64,000 nt of DNA from Octopus vulgaris (taxonomy: Eukaryota): positions 41,230,001-41,294,000 of the forward strand of contig OX597816.1 of the NCBI GenBank assembly GCA_951406725.2. Reading direction: 5' to 3'. Shown piece after piece: positions 56,137 through 64,000 of this stretch; the stretch's first letter is position 1, and each line of letters starts with the position of its first letter. A model generated the notes under the pieces. That model was not told where the DNA came from. It searched no databases and worked only from the letters and a program-made list of their open reading frames with translations. The position numbers and the translations under genes were made by a program.

Positions 56137-57073
56137 ATATATGCATATAGATAGATAGATGCAGTTTCGAACATGAATCTGTTAAGAAATTTGCTACGTA
56201 TTGTGGCTCAAACCAATGATTTGTGAGTTAGAAGGAAAATGTACGGAAATCGGTGTTATGCGCAGGGGGGAGTATAGATGTATGAAGGAATGCCTGTTTG
56301 TATGCATGGGTGTATAAACATCTGTATGCCTATGGCCGATTTTGTGCTGGTCTCTTCCTCTTCAATACGGTTGCTGGAAGTGAATACATTCCAGTGTGCC
56401 TATTAATAAGTGAGTGTATATGTGTTTATTTCTCCATACACTGGAACGAAATAACTAGGCATAGCAAATTGATATTATGTAATTTCAAACTGCAGTGCAG
56501 GAAGCCATGCTTAGACATTGGAATATTGAGTTTTCTACATATATAGAAGCTATTGATTCAATCTTCAGATTATAGAGAATATTAATCATTAGGCACGCAA
56601 TCCCCATTACATATAAAACATATATTACATGCCAACCAGACGCGCATATATTATACACACATACACAAAAATACACACATTGATATATATATGTATATAT
56701 ATATACATATACATGCACGCATATATTGCATATATAAATATATATGTGTACGTCTGTGTGTGCGTACATGTATATGTACATATATGTGTACGTGTGTGTG
56801 AAATATAACTTGTTAATTTTGTTCTTCTAAAGGGAAAATCGCATTTTACTTTTCAATATGTGTGTACCGATTCCTCGGTCATCTTTTGTGTGTTTTCATT
56901 GAATTTACACTATGAATAAGTATAAAGTTCCAAGTCCATTTGTCAGGCGTCTATAAATCATGTCTATGCCAAACTCGATAGCATTTCACAGTTATGTTAC
57001 AAAGAAAATAATTAAATAAAGAAAGCAAACTTAATATATTTTGTAAGTTCTTTTGGTGTGTATAGAATGTATG

Positions 57074-57123
57074 TATTTCGTACATACATTGCAAATGACT
57101 GTTTGCGATGTATGTACGAAATA
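57074..57123. other. 22-bp-stem hairpin
   Basis: tatttcgtacatacattgcaaa-tgactg-tttgcgatgtatgtacgaaata, with one G:U pair on the plus strand. Confidence 0.85.
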
Positions 57124-57235
57124 ATTTCATAAGTTCATAAGTAAACAGTTGAGAGAACTTTTATTTATATAAAATGGGTAAAGATATCAGTGGGATGGAA
57201 AATAGTTATTTATTAACGATATATATTACATCCTC

Positions 57236-57290
<55 letters not shown>

Positions 57291-57746
57291 CATGTATACA
57301 CGTATATATACATTATATATATACGTACATACATACATATATACTTGTCGCATGGGATTCTTGGCAACCGTTTTCTCCTCTCGTCTTGGACTTTCTGTTT
57401 ATCCTGGCTCCGTAGATTTACTATGCTCGAAATGTACGACTACTACTCTTTACTTTTTCTGAGTGTCTTATTAATACATTGCTTGTACTACGTCCACACG
57501 CTTGCTTTTCTTTGCTTTTTCTCTCTGTGTCTATCTGGGTTGACTATATATATATAAATATAAATATATATATATATAGTCATTACAGATATAGGGTGAA
57601 ATATAATTAATTTAATAAAATCAACAAATTTCACCTAGTAGTATTTCGATATGGAAAAGGACCATATTCGGTAAAAAATTATATAATTATAATAAAGGTT
57701 TTTTGCAACAAGTTGCTAAACCACATACCGAAACTTTTAGAAATAT

Positions 57747-57844
57747 ACGAGGCTATAGTAGAAGACACTTGCCCAAGGTTCCACGCAGTGGGAATGAATC
57801 CGAACCATGTGGTTGGTAAGCAAGCTACTTACATCACAGCCACT
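57747..57844 (-). mobile_element. SINE family A head fragment (similar degenerate heads at 55647-55807 and ~7030-7170)
   Basis: gaggctatagtagaagacacttgcccaagg...aagctacttacatcacagccact. Confidence 0.9.
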
Positions 57845-59054
57845 TTTAGTGTCTTCCTATGTGTACATCCAAGACCCTATTATTGATAGTTAGTTTGTGA
57901 TTTCAGAGAAATTTCTCTGTCATACCTTACATGTTAATTGCCAAGTGAATTATTCATCTTTAGATCATATACGTCGGATATGCGGAATACGTATTTATTA
58001 TTTCTATTAAATTCAGTTGCCTCATTGTGGTTAACCCATTGACACGTTACCTGAGTGTAGTTGTTTATATAATTGTGCATTGCATTTTGTTGTATTTTGT
58101 ATCTTTTTAATATATTTCATTGCATACATACGTGTGTTTCATATATTTTTTGTTGTCTGTGTAAAAAGTCGCTATGAAAGCAAGCAGGAGAAAGAGGCTC
58201 GACGAAATAAGCTAAGAGGAAATATATATTTATGAAAGAAAGAAACCGTACGGTAATTTGTTATTTCAAACGGAATCCATATATATAAATACGACGAGGA
58301 CAATGACGTAATATGATCACAGAATAGTTGAGAGAGAGGGGAAGAGAAAGATTGGGAGAGTGAGAGAGAAAGAGGGAGAGTGAGACAGACAGAGAAAGAA
58401 AGGAATGTTGGCGGTGGGAAATAGGAGAATGGGATTATACTATGAAGCTGTAAATTTAGTTAAAGGAGCCGAGAGAGGAAGGGAGAGAGAGAGAGCGAAA
58501 GAGAAAGGAATCGGCAAATCGAATATATTTAGCTCTAGGTAATATGGTATATTTGAAAGAAGCAACGAGAGGGAGGGAGATAGAGAGCGTGAGAGAATGT
58601 AAGAACAGAGAGGAAGGTGGAGGAGAGAGAGGAATAGAATGGAAGGGAGTGAGCGTACAAGTTTGTGCTGTTGCATGATTTTAAGCATCGTACGATAAAA
58701 TATTCTGTCAGACTGTCGGACAACGAAAATAAAGATTTAGTTGTTGATATCGGTGTGAAATGTTCAAACGTTTCTAGAGTCTCTATCATTCTTTGTCATA
58801 AGTACCCGTCTACGTAAATAGAAGGTAACAGGCTGGATGATTTAGTCTATCGATGGAAATATTAGCAAACAACTGTGTAGATTCCAGTTTTTGTTCCAGA
58901 CCAAAGGCTGTTGCCAGTCTAGAGTACCATAATTATTCAGTTCCTTTTTGCTACTAATTAGGCTTAAATGTTTATCTGTATTGTTAGCCAAATAAATAGA
59001 CGGATAGATAAGAATATTGATACGCAGGTAAGGAAATAGGTTTGCAGATACATC

Positions 59055-59111
<57 letters not shown>

Positions 59112-59246
59112 CGGAGATGTACTTGCATAGCAAGTGACCTAATCTGAGATCGTGTGCTGGAACGAAAACAATTGCAGCGTGGAAGGTGTTTATAAGCCAT
59201 TTAAGAAACACACAAAAACCGTTAGATTCACTTCAATATTTTAATC

Positions 59247-59293
59247 TGTCGAAATATGTTCGTCGCTTTGAAACCGCGACCTGTTCACTGACA
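59247..59293 (-). ncRNA. Hammerhead-like motif with G3:C8 core swap
   Basis: Minus: uguc a GUGAACA g gucgc gguuucaaa gcgac GAAC auau UU c gaca. Confidence 0.5.
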
Positions 59294-59320
59294 AAGTTTC
59301 GTGCTGTTTATATGTATATA

Positions 59321-59975
59321 CGAGGGGTACCGAAAAGTAACTAGAAACGTTCTCTGTGGGACAATTTTCTCGTCCCACAGGTTTTCGTTGCTAGAAACTA
59401 TTTGGTGCAACGCTCACGCATGAGTCTACCGATCGGCGCTATTCTGTCCAGTCGTACTGCCACATGTTGCGTCTGTGTTTTTGCAGTGCTCCTCTCGTGC
59501 TCGTCGATTTTTGCGATGGCTGAAACTAAGGAACAAAGTCTTTCCGCGAAATTCTGTTTACTGCCGGGGAAAAACGCGGCCGAAACAGTTGTCATGCTGC
59601 AAACAGCTTACAAAGACGTTGCCATGAGCAAAGCATAGACTTACTAGCGTTTTCTACATTTTAGAGCTACCGTCGACCACGCCGAATGAATGAAAACAGC
59701 ACAAAAATTCATGAAGGACCGTCCCCGAAAAACTGGCGATCTTGTTGATATGACTGATGTGTACCGGAGCTCCTGCAAACGAAATCTGAGCGAATGAAAA
59801 GAGTTGCAGCAAAATTTGTGCCTCACTTGCTCATGGAAGATCAAAAGCAATCACGACTGAAAACGCGTCATGAACTTAAAGGACATTTAGAAGTTGGGCA
59901 GAACCTTTTTGCAAAGGTCATCACTGGTGACGAAAACTGGTCCTATGGCAACGACCCGGAAACGAAGCCACGATC
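59321..59975 (+). mobile_element. Mariner transposon, 5' TIR plus decayed transposase
   Basis: TA|CGAGGGGTACCGAAAAGT end; EQSLSAKFC..GKNAAETVVMLQTAY HTH; KFVPHLL (WVPxxL) and VITGDENW..NDPETK. Confidence 0.92.
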
Positions 59976-60412
59976 AAGTAAACAGTTGGAAGAAGGCAAA
60001 AGCAGAATTAGACCAAATGTGATTTTCGACCTAAATGAGGGTATGCAGTCGGTTGAATGTATAATTCTAAAAAATCAATATAATTGCATTCAGCAGCCAA
60101 AATGAGACAGTTCCATTGAAGAAAAGACAGGAAGAAAGAGGGTGAGAGAGAAAGAAAGAGAGAGATGTGGGGGATGATGGTTTAAGCGTAATTAATTATG
60201 GAATACGACTCCTGCATCGACTGGTGTGTATCTACTTTTGCATATATGTAGTGATCTCTGTGACTACGATTTAGATTCTGGGTTCATCTTAGTAGAGGAT
60301 AACCAGATAAAAGTGTTTTTAATTGTATCGGGAATGCCACATGTGTTAATGATGCTTCAATAATGTGGATGAAACCTAGGAACATTTTATCAAAATTATT
60401 ATTTCCTAAGAT

Positions 60413-60802
60413 ACTCTTTTACTCTTTTACTTGTTTCAGTCATTTGACTTTGGCCATGCTGGAGCACCGCCTTTAGTCGAGCAAATCGACCCCGGAGCAT
60501 ATTCTTTGTAAACCCAGTACTTATTCTATCGGTCTCTTTTGCTGAACCGCTACGTGACGGGGACGTAAACACCAACATCGGTTGTCAAGCAATGCTAGGG
60601 GACAAACACATACACACACATACATATATATATATACATATATACGACAGGCTTCTTTCAGTTTCCGTCTACCAAATCCACTCACAAGGCATTGGTCGGC
60701 CCGGGGCTATAGCAGAAGACACTTCCTCAAGGTGCCACGCAGTGGGACCGAACCCGGAACCATGTGGTTGGTAAACAAACTACCTTCCACACAGCCACTC
60801 CT
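60413..60802 (-). mobile_element. SINE family A, near full length
   Basis: Collinear with the other copies. Confidence 0.95.
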
Positions 60803-60959
60803 GAGATGTTGTATTATAATTATAATCATAGTCAAGGCAGGGGTGAATGCCGTTTCAAACTGGGTAGATAGCACGTACACATCTGCTACGTAAGGCTCTA
60901 ATTAAAAGACGTGGCTACTATTTATAACAATTCGAACGGTTAAACAGAAATTCATTTTT

Positions 60960-61580
60960 GACTCTTTGCGAGCACTAAGTGGTCAGTATTCATGCAGAAT
61001 AGTAGCGCGTTCTATGATGCTGCGTTTAGAAGGATATGTTTATTACATATTGATATTTTTTGCTTGGTTTAAGAAGAAACGCCTTGAAAGCAAATATATC
61101 AACGGAGCTTGAAAATGATCGTAATTTTGGGACATTTGAAGTGGAATTAAATAAATCCAGCTAGTTTTACTCGAGCAAGGAAAACAATATCTTTCAAAGA
61201 AACCAACGTCGAGTTTTGCGCATGCGTTGTAAAAACGACGGAAATTGTGTCGTATACAAAACAAATTGCAAGGTATATTGGAAGGCACATTTTGCAGCAA
61301 GGCAGTGAGTTGAAGATTGAGCAAAGGAGAAAAACCGGGGCGCGAGAGAAATATTGACTAAGAGAGAGTGGTGAATTGTGCGTTCAACGGTGATATTGAT
61401 TTTATATATGGTTATTAATTAGCGAATCTCGGTCGTGCTTCTGGCGTGTGGTTTGTGTGCACGTGATGTTATTCTTGTTGCTATAGTTTACTCGCAGGTG
61501 AACCCTATGTAGACAGACGTATGGTGAATTTTATTCCGGTTTTGATAATAAAACGTTTTTGTTTTCTTCTCTGCAGGGAC
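60960..61580 (+). promoter_or_regulatory. Candidate promoter / 5'UTR region
   Basis: Repeat-free, CpG-richer island; TGCGCATGCG (NRF1/Ewg-like) at 61217-61226; strong acceptor ttttgttttcttctctgcag at 61576. Confidence 0.3.
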
Positions 61581-63737
61581 CATTGGGCCTTATTGCCAAA
61601 AGCATTCTTTTAAAGAACTTTATATTGCGGTTACAGTGATCTTTCCAATTTATAGTAGGGTAGCAGTTCTTCATACTTTGAACATAACAGAATAAGGAAC
61701 AGGTTAGAGATCTTTCACAAGTGCATTTGAATATAGATATGTGTAATTTTTACAGGATGCTCATGTGTACATATATTGCATTTCATTCATATGTGTGTGT
61801 GGATGAGCGTGTAGTTTTCCCTATAAAACGACATTCTGAAAGCAAACATAAGAGCGGTGCTTGAAGAGGCGAAATTGAACGAAAGAAATATTGATGGAAG
61901 AACGAACCGAAATTTTAATTTCAGGATATTTGAACTGGAAAGAAATTAATCAAGCTAGGCTAACACAAATTTATTCTCCAAAGTATGCAATCTCGCCGTC
62001 AAATTCATGATTTATGTGTGTGGTTCATATTGAAAACACTAATGATACATTGGACATAAAATAAATTTCGACAATCTTCTCTTGACCATTCATTTAAAAC
62101 AGACACAGCTGCGTATTACACGATACAGCATGGAAATATACCGAATAAAACATTGTTTATAATACAGCCATATTATTTAAAATTCCTCAGAGAACTGAAA
62201 AGTTACACGTCAAAAATGAACAAACATATCACCCTGGTAAGATGCGAAGAAGTTACTAATTGTTGAATGTAATTTCAAAGTAATTGTTGAACTGCTATAT
62301 CTTACTATGATGATTTGAAAATCTACGCAAGATCGCTTTCAATCTTGTCAAAAACGGGAATAATAAGACACAGTGCAAATATTAATTTCTTTCAGATCGC
62401 ATTCAATGTAAAAGATCTAGGAACATCGACAGGCCCACAAAGATCATTGTTCGAAGGTAAAATTTAAGAAAGTAAAAAATAAAAAAAATATGGAAAATAT
62501 TTCATAAGAAACTAATACTAAAGAATACCATCGCTATTCGACATTCAAATCGTTGAGGAAAATGTTATTTCTCATATATTACATATACATACATACACAC
62601 ACATACATACGCACGTACATACATACATACATACATACGTACATATACATACACACACATATATATTCATATGTATATACTCACGTTTATATAAATATAG
62701 GCATATGTGTGGGCATGTGCGCGTGTGTGTGTACATGTATATATAAATACAAATACACTCATGTATACGCTTGCACATACATACATACGCCTGTACTTTT
62801 ATTCTTGTATGAGACTCTGTCTTTGTTTATGTAAGACTCTGGTTGCCAAGTAGTGTACGTAGTTCAGAGAATAATCAAAACGAAATGCAAAAGTGATTGA
62901 AAAGAAAGTAGCTTTAGAAGATATACAATAATATCCAAGAAAAATCTATAAACACCCATATAATTTGCTATTTAAACTAACATAGTTTGAAGAACAACGC
63001 GTATGGAAGCAAAATAAATGGATATGATGGAAATACTAATATTATTGATTATAAATTTTAATTTCAGAGACTGCCTAAATACTTGCATTATTACAGTAGA
63101 AATTCACTGGTGTATTGTATGGATATATTCAACCATTTAACCAGTGGGTCAGGTATTCAGTATGAATCGCATACATTTCCTTCCTGAAGCAAACAATTGA
63201 CTGTCTTATTAAGAATTCAGAATTCTATAGCTATTGTTTCGAATATGGTATGAAAACAAACGATTGGTTATGTGTATTCTAATTTCCATGTAGCGTATTG
63301 CTTTGCAAACATTACTTTATTTACTTATTTCGCTTGATGTAGCTTCTTGTTCAGGAAACCAATGCAATGTTCATACTGTCTTCCATGTATCTATGTATTC
63401 AGTTGAGATGAACGCAGGTTAGCGGACAAATATAACTGTTTAATCAATGAAACAAACGCTTATGGCTATTATCTTTCATAAAATGTTTAGTGTAAGATGA
63501 GAAGCGTATATTGTATTCATTCGAAGACTCCCAAGGGTCAATAACATTTAAATTGATCGGTCTTCTTTTCTCTTTTCTCTTAGCACCACACTGTGAATCA
63601 CATTAAGTCAGGCGTAAATGCCAGAACCACAATCCGTGTCTTCCTCCAGATTAACACAATATTTTTATAGACAAAGCGGGAATGAATATATGAATAAACA
63701 ATGCCAGTCCATAAAATAATAAGATACATCGGATGAC

Positions 63738-64000
63738 ATGGAAACGGTAAGGGGGTGCAACAATACAAAGAAATGAATGAATATTACAAGCTATGAATGT
63801 GTCTATATTCAACTACTGAAAATATGATTCTAATAATTGATTCTTTTTTCTCTCTACCGAATCCGAAGTAAAATATTGATGATATATTACAAACCACTGC
63901 TCCCTGTCCTGGTATATATGATTTCTTTTACTGGCGTGATATATCATACATTTCTTATCTGAAATAATTATTTCCCATAGGATCCCATAGGCATGAATCG
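63738..64000 (+). CDS. Candidate start of a spliced host gene (MET|DPIGMN...), running off the window
   Basis: Exon 63584-63746 (acceptor tcttttctcttag, donor ACG|gtaagg); ATG at 63738 after an in-frame TAA; next acceptor tttcccatag at 63980 keeps the frame. Confidence 0.35.

Overview
AT-rich eukaryotic DNA saturated with (TA)n/(CA)n/(TACA)n/(TAA)n microsatellites. The SINE families resemble those I recall from Octopus (coleoid cephalopod) genomes; that assignment is inference. Nearly all ORF-track entries are microsatellite artefacts. The real content is a dense transposon graveyard: more than 12 copies of one tRNA-derived SINE plus three other SINE families, at least five R4/Dong-type (RLE) LINE remnants (one with an intact C-terminal frame inserted in a (TAA)n), RTE- and L1/Tx1-like remnants, mariner/Tc1 elements, a non-autonomous Helitron, a Helentron-type HINE, and many Penelope-like (PLE) terminal-repeat remnants abutting (TA)n. 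The main unexplained signal is a set of hammerhead-ribozyme folds from several unrelated repeat families: two near-canonical minimal type-I motifs, an inverted pair whose consensus is a near-canonical type-I hammerhead, a G3:C8-swapped variant, and a permuted GAAA...CUGAUGA family. There are also several large palindromes and an apparently perfect 254-bp inverted duplication bracketing an inverted LINE segment. A possible host-gene 5' end (promoter-like island and exons starting METDPIGMN) lies at the right edge. All alignments and folds were done by eye.
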